Positions 1-9,981 of a DNA stretch of 64,000 bases are shown here, piece after piece. Origin of the DNA: Alphaproteobacteria bacterium (GTDB lineage: Bacteria > Pseudomonadota > Alphaproteobacteria > UBA828); contig CBDEFM010000002.1 of assembly GCA_965237415.1 (NCBI GenBank), forward strand, positions 352,001 through 416,000. The letters run 5' to 3'. Below the pieces are notes generated by a model, which saw only the letters and a program-made list of their open reading frames with translations, ran no database searches and was not told the DNA's origin. How positions within the stretch are numbered: position 1 is the first letter of the stretch; every line of letters starts with the position of its first letter. A program made the position numbers and the translations under genes.

Positions 1-2
1 TC

Positions 3-218
3 AAAGAAACCGTCATTGCAGTGAGCGTAATCACGATGGCGGCGGGCGCCGCGCTTGCACCCACGGCCGCCTCGGCCGGGGAGCAGCCGCTCGTCGTCGC
101 GGACTCGCACGATGCGTGCAACCCCTGCAACCCGTGCGGCGGGTGCAACCCCTGTGCGGTCGATGAAGAAGACCCGTGCAATCCTTGTGGCGGGTGCAAC
201 CCGTGCGCAAGCAGCTAG
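3..218 (+). CDS. Small secreted Cys-rich peptide with CNPC repeats (start probably upstream of the window)
   Basis: Frame is open from base 3 (KETVIAVSVITMAAGAALAPTAASA, signal-peptide-like), then 9 Cys in a duplicated PCNPCGGCNPCA unit; followed by a terminator. Confidence 0.7.
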   Translation, partial: KETVIAVSVITMAAGAALAPTAASAGEQPLVVADSHDACNPCNPCGGCNPCAVDEEDPCNPCGGCNPCASS

Positions 219-242
219 TTATCTGACACACGATTCTCCCGG

Positions 243-278
243 AGAACGCCGCCCCTGACGGGGCGGCGTTCTTTTCTT
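243..278 (+). terminator. Rho-independent terminator
   Basis: Perfect 13-bp stem agaacgccgcccc / ggggcggcgttct, loop tgac, followed by tttctt. Confidence 0.85.
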
Positions 279-438
279 GTAGACTTTCGGTCGTGCGATT
301 CCAGCGGTGGACGAAGCTAGGCCGGTTGTGTTGGGATTGTACCGCGGCGATTGTCGTCCCTCGTGTTAGCCGCATGGGTACGATGGATGCCGCGCTTGAT
401 AGAGGGCAATTGGCGCCTCACACGAGCGGGAGGATCGG

Positions 439-1452
439 ATGCTGGACAAATTCGAACGCTATCCGCTGACCTTCGGCCCGACGCCCATCGAGAAACTGGA
501 TCGGCTGTCCGAGCATCTCGGCGGCGCGGTCGAGCTCTATGCCAAGCGTGAGGACTGCAATTCGGGCCTCGCCTTAGGCGGCAACAAGATCCGCAAGCTC
601 GAATACATCGTCCCGGACGCCATCGCATCGAACGCCGATACGCTCGTCACGATCGGCGGCGTGCAGTCCAACCACACGCGGCAGGTTGCGGCGGTCGCCG
701 CCAAGCTCGGCATGAAGTGCCGCCTGGTCCAGGAGAGTTGGGTGCCGTTCGAAGACGCTGTCTACGACCGGGTCGGGAACATCCTGATGAGCCGCGTAAT
801 GGGAGCAGAGATTGAACTGGTCAGCGACGGCTTTGACATTGGCATTCGTGAGAGCTGGGTGCGGGCCATCGAAGACGTGAAGGCGAAGGGAGGGAACCCC
901 TATCCCATCCCGGCCGGCGCTTCGGTTCACAAGTTCGGCGGTCTGGGCTATGTCGGCTTCGCTGAAGAGCTGCGGGCGCAGGAGCAAGACCTCGGTGTCA
1001 CATTCGATTACATCGTGGTCTGCACCGTCACCGGCTCGACCCACGCCGGCATGCTCGTCGGCTTCGCCGAGGATGGGCGCGCCGACAGAGTCATCGGAAT
1101 CGACGCGTCGGGGACTCCGGCACAGACCCGCGCCCAGGTCATGGATATAGCCCAGAACACGGCGGATCTCGTGGAACTGGGCCGCGCCATTACCGACGAC
1201 GATCTTGTTCTGTTCGAGGACTACGCCTATCCCAACTACGGCGTGCCCTCGGCGGAAACGAACGAGGCGATCCGCCTCGCGGCCCGCTTGGAAGGGATGA
1301 TGACCGATCCCGTCTACGAGGGGAAATCCATGCAGGGGATGATCGACCTCGTGAGGAAGGGCTATTTCCCGGCAGGGTCGCGCGTTCTATACGCCCACCT
1401 GGGTGGCGTGCCGGCCATCAACGCTTACAGCTACATCTATCGCAGCGGCTAG
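439..1452 (+). CDS. acdS: 1-aminocyclopropane-1-carboxylate deaminase
   Basis: [28 protein letters not shown] (PLP lysine), [10 protein letters not shown]; YEGKSM and HLGG carry the Glu/Leu that distinguish AcdS from D-cysteine desulfhydrase. Confidence 0.95.
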   Translation: MLDKFERYPLTFGPTPIEKLDRLSEHLGGAVELYAKREDCNSGLALGGNKIRKLEYIVPDAIASNADTLVTIGGVQSNHTRQVAAVAAKLGMKCRLVQESWVPFEDAVYDRVGNILMSRVMGAEIELVSDGFDIGIRESWVRAIEDVKAKGGNPYPIPAGASVHKFGGLGYVGFAEELRAQEQDLGVTFDYIVVCTVTGSTHAGMLVGFAEDGRADRVIGIDASGTPAQTRAQVMDIAQNTADLVELGRAITDDDLVLFEDYAYPNYGVPSAETNEAIRLAARLEGMMTDPVYEGKSMQGMIDLVRKGYFPAGSRVLYAHLGGVPAINAYSYIYRSG

Positions 1453-1497
1453 CCGCAAGCGGCAGCGCCGCCGATCGGTCTTATGCAGGAGGGTGTC

Positions 1498-2319
1498 ATG
1501 GCCGCTCAACGCATCGGTGCCTACTTCGAGGTCGCGCCAGGCGTCGACATCTACTACGAGGACGAGGGGGAGGGGCCCCCGCTGGTTCTCATACCCGGCT
1601 GGACTTTCACGACCAGAGTCTTCGACCACCAATTCGCCGCGTTCACAGACTCCTATCGGGTCATCTCGTTCGACCCCCGCAGCCACGGCCGTTCCACCGT
1701 GACCAGCGACGGCAACAACTACGCGACCCAAGCCGCCGATCTGGCCAAGCTTCTCGACCATCTGTCCGTGGAAAATCCGGTCCTCGCGGGCTGGTCCGCA
1801 GGATCGCTGACCGCCTGGCACCACGTCCGCAATCGCGGCACGGACGGAATTCGCGCGCTCGTCTCCATCGACATGCCGCCGCTCGGAATGAGCTACGACC
1901 GGAGCGATTGGGTCGAGGGGGCGATTCCCGATCTCGCCGGGTTCTTCCAGGGCGTCCAGACCGCGCAGGGGCAGCGCGGCGTCGTTATCTGGTACGCGGA
2001 CAACGTCATGATCGAAGGGGAGATGACGCCCGAGGTGACGGCGTGGGTGGTCGAGCAGTCGCTCGCGACGCCGCCGATCATCGCCGCCAATCTGATCGCC
2101 GACGTGTGTTTCGCCAACTACCTCGAAGAAGCGAAGCAGGTGGACGCGGCTATTCCGTCGCTCTTCTTCGTCGCCGACCATTGGGCGGAGACCGCCAAGC
2201 CCTTCCTGGCCAAGCACTGCCCCAATTCGCGCGTGGAGACGTTCGGCGGCCACATGATGTTTTGGGAGTATCCCGAGCGGTTCAACGGGGTCCTTGCGGA
2301 GTTCCTTTCCGCGCTCTGA
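1498..2319 (+). CDS. Alpha/beta hydrolase (non-heme haloperoxidase-like fold)
   Basis: DPRSHGRS, GWSAG nucleophile elbow, C-terminal GHMMFWEYPERFN; RBS ggagg before ATG 1498. Confidence 0.85.
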   Translation: MAAQRIGAYFEVAPGVDIYYEDEGEGPPLVLIPGWTFTTRVFDHQFAAFTDSYRVISFDPRSHGRSTVTSDGNNYATQAADLAKLLDHLSVENPVLAGWSAGSLTAWHHVRNRGTDGIRALVSIDMPPLGMSYDRSDWVEGAIPDLAGFFQGVQTAQGQRGVVIWYADNVMIEGEMTPEVTAWVVEQSLATPPIIAANLIADVCFANYLEEAKQVDAAIPSLFFVADHWAETAKPFLAKHCPNSRVETFGGHMMFWEYPERFNGVLAEFLSAL

Positions 2320-2394
2320 CTCGATCGGGTTGTCCGTTCAGCAGGCGGAGCTGGTGCTGGCGGCGGCGTACTTTCTCAAATGCGCTGTCCTCGA

Positions 2395-2850
2395 TTAACC
2401 CTCGACGATGGTGACGTTGGATATCCAGCGCTGCTTGCGCCGGTCCAGCCGTCCGGGGACATCCTCGGCCTCGTAATCCGCGATGGGGACAGACGCCCGG
2501 TCCACGGCGAGCGGCGGCGAAAGCAGGTTCGCGTTCAGGACCGCGTAGAGGCGCCCCTCCATCTCGCATACGGCTGCGGCCTCCACGCCGCAGCGGGTGC
2601 AGATGAGAAATGTCGCGGTCTTGTGGCCGAAGGCATAGCGGCTCACGCGGTCGGGCTCGGCCAACGTGATCGTGAGGCGGCCGGACGGCGCGGAGACGTA
2701 GAGACTGCCATGCTTCTGACAGAAGCTGCAGCCGCAGTGGCGCGGGGAAAGCGCGGCATCGTCCTCTACCTCGAGCGCGACGCCGATCGCGCCGCAATGG
2801 CAGGCACCTTCGAGACTCTTCGTCACCAGCACGTCTCCTCTAGCCCGCAT
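2395..2850 (-). CDS. GFA/CENP-V family Zn-binding protein
   Basis: GACHCGAI, CGCSFCQKHG, FLICTRCG cysteine pattern; exact start uncertain. Confidence 0.85.
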   Translation of the reverse strand: MRARGDVLVTKSLEGACHCGAIGVALEVEDDAALSPRHCGCSFCQKHGSLYVSAPSGRLTITLAEPDRVSRYAFGHKTATFLICTRCGVEAAAVCEMEGRLYAVLNANLLSPPLAVDRASVPIADYEAEDVPGRLDRRKQRWISNVTIVEG

Positions 2851-3329
2851 TTCTCACCAGGGTCATGGTCTGCGCGGCGCTTCCAGGCCGACAGAGCAGG
2901 AAAGCCGCGTCGCGCGATGTGGTGCAACGGGCAAGCGGCTTGACGCACGGTGTCGGCCTGAAGACGCCGCCCTTCGGGTCGCGCCCAGGCGCCCGCCCGC
3001 GTCGCGCGTCCACGCGTGCGGAGCGCACGATGCGAGCCTCAACCGTAGACCGGGCTACGCTTCTCGGCCCGCTCCTGGCGGATCGAATGTCTGGGCGCGA
3101 CGCAGATCGTGTAAAGTTCGTCGCGTATATCACGAGCGCAGTTGGGTATGCTGTGGTGCAATAATGTACTGATATTACTATCATAATTGCTCTCATCGCC
3201 ACGAGAAACCTCTTGCGTCGAAGACACGAGTCCGCTTGAACGAGCCCTGGTTCGAGTACAGTCGTATGCAGATTGATTACATATTTGCGCCGCATGTTGG
3301 ACACGGAACAGAGCCGCCGGAAGGGTGCC

Positions 3330-3790
3330 ATACCGAAGAGCAGCGGCTTCGATATCTCCAAGCGCAGCGTCGACGCCCTCTGCGTGGAGAGCAAGGATGC
3401 CGTCGTCTGGGACCGCGATCTGCGCGGTTTCCGGTGCGGGTCCATCGCACGGGGCGGAAGACCTACGTCGTCCAAACGCGCGGACCGAACGGTCTGAAGC
3501 GTGTGACCATCGGCCGGCACGGCGACACCGCGGCCGAGCAGGCCCGCAAGGAGGCGGCGGCGATCATCGACCGCATCAAGCGCGGCATGGATCCGGTCCC
3601 TTCGGCGCCGGTGCCCGAGCTCACGGTGGCGGACTTGGCGGAGCGCTGCATGAGCGCGCATGCGGAGGTGAACTGCCGTCCGAAGACCGCAGAGCTCTAT
3701 CGTCACGCGATCTACTCCTACATCGTCCGAGCTCGGCTCTCTTGCCATCGGCACGATGGACCGCGCGCAGGTCACAGCCCTGCTTGACCC
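3330..3790 (+). pseudogene. Truncated, frameshifted tyrosine integrase N-terminus (Arm DNA-binding domain)
   Basis: ISKRSVDAL..VVWDRDLRGF in one frame continues as VRVHRTGRKTYVVQTR..RVTIGRHG..EQARKEA..GMDP..TVADLAER in another; no catalytic domain. Confidence 0.8.
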
Positions 3791-3968
3791 ACCTTAATCG
3801 AGCTGTCGGTGCCGCGCTTGATCTGCAGGTGCCCGTCGATCGGGTGATACTACTCTTGCTGCAAACAGTTAGATTGAAATTATCGGTCAATATGACCTGA
3901 GATGCCGCCGAGTTTCTCCCCCAAACAGAATATGGGCAGAATCTGGCCCCCGGTGGTCGAGAAAGCCC

Positions 3969-4810
3969 ATGACCATGAGCAATAAGTTAGCGCGTATTTT
4001 GAGGAGAGATAGCCGCACATGTGGCATTCATCTCGGCGGATGCGGCAAAACAATTGACAAGAAGAAACAAGGCGACGTTAATCATATAAAAGGCTTATCC
4101 CCTTGGCTCCGGGAGCGCATGATGTTGCGTGCCTTCCCACTGCTGGCAGGCCCGGATAAGGCACGGGCTGCACTGTGATTTTCTGAGTCCGCCGGCTGAA
4201 ACCGTTGCATTGCGTAGGTCAATTTCTAGACGAACCGGAAGCAAGGGGATAAGCCTTTCATATAATTCCTCAATCCTTCTTCCGGTAGAGAGAATCAAAC
4301 TTAGGGCGGCTTCGTTACAATGGAGATTGGAACTTCCAGCCTGCACACAAACAGTGCAATCGCGCGCGCAAGGGCCAGATTTGGGGATTTCCTTTGTTTC
4401 GTTGTAGATGCCATTGCATTCAAATTGAGAGGAAGAGTTCAGGAGCGTTCTGTCAATATGTTTATTTTCGGAAAGAACAATCTGTCTTGGCCCAAGAATT
4501 TCTGTTGGTTTCGAATTGTGCGTTTGTTGCCGCTTCACCGCCGGGGATGGATATTACTTTCGTCGGCAGTATGGGCATCGCTAAACGCGGCACAATAGGA
4601 CCCGGATGCGAGGGGCATTTCTTTCCACGACTATCGCCAAGCGAGGTCCAGGAATTCAATAGACTCGAATTCGAGCGCATCATGAAGAGTCCAAATAATC
4701 CTCCAGGACATTCGTCAATAATTGAAAAGTACAACTCAAGAATGATGAAGATGTGGATCAGTCGCGAAACGCTGGATCCAAATTCCAGCGATGGAGATAA
4801 TGAAAGATAG
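3969..4810 (+). pseudogene. HNH endonuclease-like gene interrupted by a MITE and an in-frame TAG
   Basis: Removing 4090-4265 joins RRDSRTCGIHLGGCGK..DVNHI to IPQSFFR*..DWNFQPAHKQCNRARKGQ and on to the stop at 4810; TAG at 4286-4288. Confidence 0.75.
4090..4257. mobile_element. 168-bp MITE, IS1595 family (ISSod11-group-like ends)
   Basis: TIRs aaggcttatccccttg / caaggggataagcctt; 8-bp TSD tcatataa at 4082-4089 and 4258-4265. Confidence 0.85.
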
Positions 4811-5422
4811 ATATACATCGGAACAAGCGACGGCAGATGGATTGCGGTGACTGATCGAATTCTCGGAAGAGCGGCAGCAAGTCGTGTGGTTGATAGGTGG
4901 AGGAGCGGCCGCTAGCCATGGACTTTGCGGCGGAGACCTAGTCAGCAGGGTGGAGCTGCGTGGGATCAGCCCCGGAGAGAGCGAGATTACTGAGCAGCAG
5001 GGAAGGCATTTTCTAAGGGGCATGGAGGTGGCGGAAGTCGCGGCTGCAACAGTACAGACAAGCTAGCTGGCGGAGAGTGCCGACACGATCTTTTGGCCGA
5101 ATAGAAAGGATGTCCGCAAGCTGTGGGCAACGCGAACCTACAGCCCACTGACAGTTCATGGAAATCTTTGATGGACAATATAGCGCCCTGCGCGGCAGGT
5201 ACTTAGGCCTAAGCACGTCGTCAACAGGCCTGTTCTAGCGCTTGCGTATGTAAGCCTATACCTGTCGACTGAGAACGATATCGGTACGCCGGTACTATGC
5301 CTAACCTGAAGGTCGCAGGTTAAAACTCTGCCCCCGCAACCGCTCAACCACCCGGAAACATTGAAGTTTCCGGAGTTTTCGATTCCCATTCTGGCATACC
5401 AAAACGAACTGTCAACACAGAG

Positions 5423-6841
5423 TGTCGCTAGCACATGATGTGTCCGGTTTAGGTAGCACACGAGTTGTCCGGTTTGGTGTCTCCGTGGGGAGGGACCGCG
5501 ATGAGCCGGACGACGTTGCTACAGGAACGCAGGATGCAGACGTTTCAGAATGTGCTGGGGCACTGGCAGGCACGACGCCTGTCTGCGCTGGAGGCGGCGG
5601 AGATGCTGGGGATGAGCGAGCGGAGCTTCCGCCGCTACCGGCGCCGCTACGAGGACGATGGCCTCGACGGATTGTTCGACCGAAGGCTCGACAAGGCGTC
5701 CGCGCGCCGCGTGCCGGCCGACCGGATCGAATGGGTGCTCGAGCAGTACCGAACCCGCCATACGGGCTGGACGGTCAAGCACTTCCACGACCATCTCTGC
5801 GCCCACCATGGCTTCGCCTGGAGCTACACCTGGACCAAGACCACCTTGCAGCGCGCAGGCCTGGTGTCCAAGGCACCCAGGCGCGGCGCCCACCGTCGCC
5901 GGCGCCCGCGCAAGCCCTGCGTCGGCATGAGGCGCGGCGCTGCGTCCATCAGGACGGCTCACGCCATGAGTGGCTGGCCGGCCAGGCGGCGTGCGACCTG
6001 ATCGTCACCATGGACGACGCCACCTCAGAGATCTATTCGGCCTTCCTGGTCGAGGAGGAAGGCACCGCGTCCACCTTCCGGGCGCTGAAGCAGGTGTTCA
6101 CCGACAAGGGGATGCCCAGCAGCCTCTACACCGACCGTGGCAGCCACTACTTCCACACCCCCGAGGCAGGCGGCAAGGTCGCCAAGGATCAACACACCCA
6201 GGTCGGCCGCGCCCTCCATCAGCTCGGCATCGAGCACATCGCTGCCTATTCGCCCGAGGCCCGCGGCCGCTCCGAGCGCGCCTTCGGCACCCTCCAGGAC
6301 CGCCTCGTCAAGGAACTGGCGCTGGCGGGGATCGCGACGGTCAAAGCCGCCGACCGCTTCATCGCAGACACCTACCTGCCCGACCACAATCGCCGCTTCG
6401 CCACCCCGCCCGAACTCGAAGACAGCGCCTTCGTGCCCCTCGAACACCCCGGCCAGATCGACGACATCCTCTGTCGCCGCACAGACCGCACGGTCGCCCG
6501 CGACAACACCGTGCGCTACGAAAGGCGCGTCCTCCAGATCCCCGCTACCCCGGCCAGACACCACTACGTCAAGGCCACGGTCCGGGTCCATGAGTATCCG
6601 GACGGAACCCTCGCCCTCTTCCACGGGCCCCGATGCCTCGCCCGCTACACCGCCAACGGCGAGCCCATCGAAACCCCAACCCGGCAGGCCGCGTGAGACG
6701 CTTCGACGCGACCGGCCGGCGCCCTGTGGACAAGTGGACAGCCGCTCCGCGCCTGACCACTTGTCCACAGGGCAAACCGCAACAACAGAAGCGGACATAT
6801 GATGTGCTACGAAAACCGGACAAATACACTTGCTAGCGACA
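5423..6841 (+). mobile_element. IS1202/ISNCY (IS481-related) insertion sequence, copy 1
   Basis: TGT..ACA ends (tgtcgctagca), repeated tgtccggttt subterminal motifs, 7-bp TSD cacagag (5416-5422, 6842-6848). Confidence 0.9.
5501..6696 (+). pseudogene. ISNCY/IS1202-type DDE transposase, frameshifted
   Basis: Nearly identical to the intact copy at 15450-16634 but with a net 11-nt insertion near 5931-5944. Confidence 0.85.
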
Positions 6842-7231
6842 CACAGAGTCGGCACATGTATGCCGGCCATGAGCTGGGGAAATCAAGATGGCGGCAGCGG
6901 TTCGAGGTGTCCTTCCCGTATCGGGGAGCGGAATTGTTCCTCAATCCGGCCGCCACGGCCGAGGCGTCGACCAGATGGCCGAGTTCCATGTTCCGGACCT
7001 GTGTCGGCTCGGTGAAGTTGGCGTAGGCGGTGGCGGGCATTGACATTGCCGGCCCGAGAGCACATGTAGCCCCTGTAAATCATTTTCCGGGCCCGCGACG
7101 CAACGCGTTTGCGCCGCTTCAGACCCGGAAACAAGCAACCTCACCCGTTCCGGCTGCTCCCGCGGCTGGCATATGCGCCCGAGACCAGCCGTCCCGACGA
7201 TACGGACCGCGCCGGGCAGTCAAGGATCAAT

Positions 7232-8470
7232 GTGACCAAGAAACTGTTTTCCGAACTCGGCCTGGCCGAGACCCTGCAACGCGCGCTGGCCGAGCGCGAA
7301 CACACAACACCGACGCCGATCCAGGCGCAGGCCATCCCGGAGGTTATGGCCGGGCGAGACGTTCTCGCCATCGCCCAGACCGGCACCGGCAAGACGGCGG
7401 CCTTCGCGTTGCCGATCCTGCACCGGCTCGCCGGCGCGAATAGCGGCGGTCGCGGTCGCGCACCGCGCGCCCTCGTCCTCGCGCCGACGCGGGAACTGGC
7501 GATCCAGATCGCCGACGAGTTCCGCGCCTATGGCACCCATCTGCAGCTACGGCTTGCCGTCATCTATGGCGGCGTCGGCCAGAGGCCCCAGGTCGATGCG
7601 CTGGTGCGAGGCGTCGACATCCTCGTCGCCACGCCCGGGCGCCTGCTGGACCTGATGGGACAGCGCCGGGTCAACCTCCACCGGGTCGAGCATCTCGTCC
7701 TCGACGAGGCGGACCGCATGCTCGACATGGGCTTCGTTCGCGATGTGCGCCGCATCCTCGCGGCCCTGCCGGCGGCGCGGCAGTCGTTGCTGTTCTCGGC
7801 CACCATGCCGCGCGATGTGGCGCGTCTGGCGAGCGACTTCCTTCGCGATCCCGTCCGGGTCGCGGTGACGCCGCAGGCGACGCCGGTGGAGCGGATCCAG
7901 CAATGCGTCTTCCACGTCTCGTCCGAGGGCAAGCGGCGCCTGCTGGCCGATATCCTGGATGACCCGGCGCTCTCGCGGGTGCTGGTCTTCGCCCGCACCA
8001 AGCATCGCGCCAACCGGGTGGCGGCCCAGCTGGAGAAGGGCGGTGTCGCCGCCGAGGCGATGCACGGCAACAAGTCCCAGGGCGCTCGGCAGCGGGCCCT
8101 CGAACGTTTCCGGCGGGGCGAGGCCCGCGTCCTGGTCGCGACCGATATCGCGGCGCGCGGCATCGACGTCGACGATATCAGCCACGTCATCAACTACGAG
8201 CTGCCGAACGTTCCGGAAAGCTATGTCCACCGCATCGGGCGCACGGCGCGGGCCGGCGCCGACGGCATCGCCTATTCGTTCTGCGATGCGGGCGAGCGGG
8301 AGTCGCTCGGCCAGATCGAGCGTCTGATCCGGCAACGGCTGACCGTGATCGGGGACGACCCCGCCCCGGCACCCTTCCGCGCCGCGCGAGGTCGCCCGCG
8401 GCGGAAGGGTGCCGGAAACGGCCGCAAGCGCGGAACCCCGAGCCTCGCCGAGGCACGGCCGGCTCACTAA
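7232..8470 (+). CDS. DEAD-box RNA helicase (RhlE-like)
   Basis: [47 protein letters not shown]; basic C-tail; GTG start after aagga. Confidence 0.93.
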   Translation: MTKKLFSELGLAETLQRALAEREHTTPTPIQAQAIPEVMAGRDVLAIAQTGTGKTAAFALPILHRLAGANSGGRGRAPRALVLAPTRELAIQIADEFRAYGTHLQLRLAVIYGGVGQRPQVDALVRGVDILVATPGRLLDLMGQRRVNLHRVEHLVLDEADRMLDMGFVRDVRRILAALPAARQSLLFSATMPRDVARLASDFLRDPVRVAVTPQATPVERIQQCVFHVSSEGKRRLLADILDDPALSRVLVFARTKHRANRVAAQLEKGGVAAEAMHGNKSQGARQRALERFRRGEARVLVATDIAARGIDVDDISHVINYELPNVPESYVHRIGRTARAGADGIAYSFCDAGERESLGQIERLIRQRLTVIGDDPAPAPFRAARGRPRRKGAGNGRKRGTPSLAEARPAH

Positions 8471-9105
8471 CCCGAGATTTTTCCGGTTACGCCATTCGTG
8501 AAGAGTGCGCTGACACCCGCCCGCGGCAGCGGTTCGGCGGTGGCCAGCCCCGTCTAGCCGAGGTCTCACGACGTGTGAACGCCGCCACGGAAGAAGTTCC
8601 TACGCGCGCGAATGGCCGATCGTGAAGTCGTTGCCGCCGTGACGACCGGTGCCGCGCGCGAGCCAGATCGGGCGCTCGGCGACGTTGGCGCACCGGGGAT
8701 GAATTGGCTATGGCATGAAGGGGCTGAACGATTGGCTCAGGCTCTCGCAGGTTGCCCCGCCGTCGGACAAGCGCGATACGGCTTTGAGGCTTTGCTAAAC
8801 GTCAGAACCGGCCTTCTTGGCGCTAGGGTTCACAGCGACGGAGCTTGAGAAATTGGGGCATAGCCTGGAGTTCGTAAAACGGAGCCCGAGCGGCGGACGT
8901 CAACAAGGCGGAGACCACTGCCGGCGGGAAGGTGCCGAACGTCATCCAGCTGCAACCGGTTTTCGGCGAACCGCCACCCGCCGGGGCCGGCACGGGAACC
9001 GGAGTCGCTACGTCGCAAGGTCGGGACCATGAAAACGGAATGATAAGTTATGGGCTTGACACGGGATAGGTGAGTGATTACATTGGGTTCATAGGGAGAC
9101 ACACC

Positions 9106-9981
9106 ATGAACCTGATCACCATCTTCCGCCGCTTCCCCGATCAACAGTCCTGCATAGCGCACCTTGAAGCCGTCCGCTGGGGCGACGATCCGCATTGCCC
9201 GAAGTGCGGAAGCGTCAAGGTGGCTCGGAAGTGCGACGGCAACCGCGTGGGCCGCTGGAACTGCCACGGATGCCATGCGAGCTACAACGTCCTGTCTGGC
9301 ACGATCTTCGAAAAGACGCGCATTCCCTTGCAGAAATGGTTCCTCGGTATTGGCCTGATGGTCAATGCCAAAAAGAGCCTGTCGAGCTACCAGCTCACAC
9401 GGGATTGCGATCTGACACAGCCGACCGCGCTCTACATGCAGCAGCGCATCCGAGCCGCGATGGCTGCCGACCAAGCAGACCTGCTGCATGGCATCGTCGA
9501 AATAGACGAGACCTATGTTGGCGGGAAGCCCCGGAAGCGTAACCGCCGCGACGATGACGAGCCCCGCCCGCGCGGCCGTGACACCAAGAAGATGCCGGTT
9601 GTCGGCGCGGTAGAGCGCGGCGGTCAGGTTTCCGCCCGTGTGGCCGATGACCTGACCGGCAAGGGCATCCTGCGGTTCATCAAGGAAACCGTTGATCCGA
9701 GCGGCTCTCTGCTGATCACCGACGAATACGCCGCCTACAACGGGGTTCGGCAGCATATGAACCATGCCGTCATTAACCACTCCGTCGCCTATTCGGACGG
9801 CGCGACGCACACCAATACGATCGAGGGCTTTTGGGCGCTGCTCAAGCGGGCATGGTACGGCTCACACCATCACTACAGTCGGAAGCTGGCACCGCTTTTC
9901 ATCGCCGAGTCGGCTTGGAAGTACAACCACCGTGACGACGAAAACGCCTTCGCCTTGTTCCTGCGGGGAGCGATGGTATGA
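9106..9981 (+). CDS. IS1595-family transposase
   Basis: Zn ribbon CPKC..CHGC, VEIDETYVGG, LITDE, HTNTIEGFWALLKR. Confidence 0.93.
   Translation: MNLITIFRRFPDQQSCIAHLEAVRWGDDPHCPKCGSVKVARKCDGNRVGRWNCHGCHASYNVLSGTIFEKTRIPLQKWFLGIGLMVNAKKSLSSYQLTRDCDLTQPTALYMQQRIRAAMAADQADLLHGIVEIDETYVGGKPRKRNRRDDDEPRPRGRDTKKMPVVGAVERGGQVSARVADDLTGKGILRFIKETVDPSGSLLITDEYAAYNGVRQHMNHAVINHSVAYSDGATHTNTIEGFWALLKRAWYGSHHHYSRKLAPLFIAESAWKYNHRDDENAFALFLRGAMV

Noticed and set aside
3154-3181. dif/XerCD-like site (tggtgcaataa tgtact gatattactat) near the integrase remnant
   Set aside because: Only the left arm resembles XerC; the XerD arm does not match TTATGTTAAAT
5156-7046. Minus-strand ORF that rejoins in frame (about 154 aa) when IS copy 1 is removed
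   Set aside because: No recognisable motif and atypical composition; in-frame joining has a one-in-three chance
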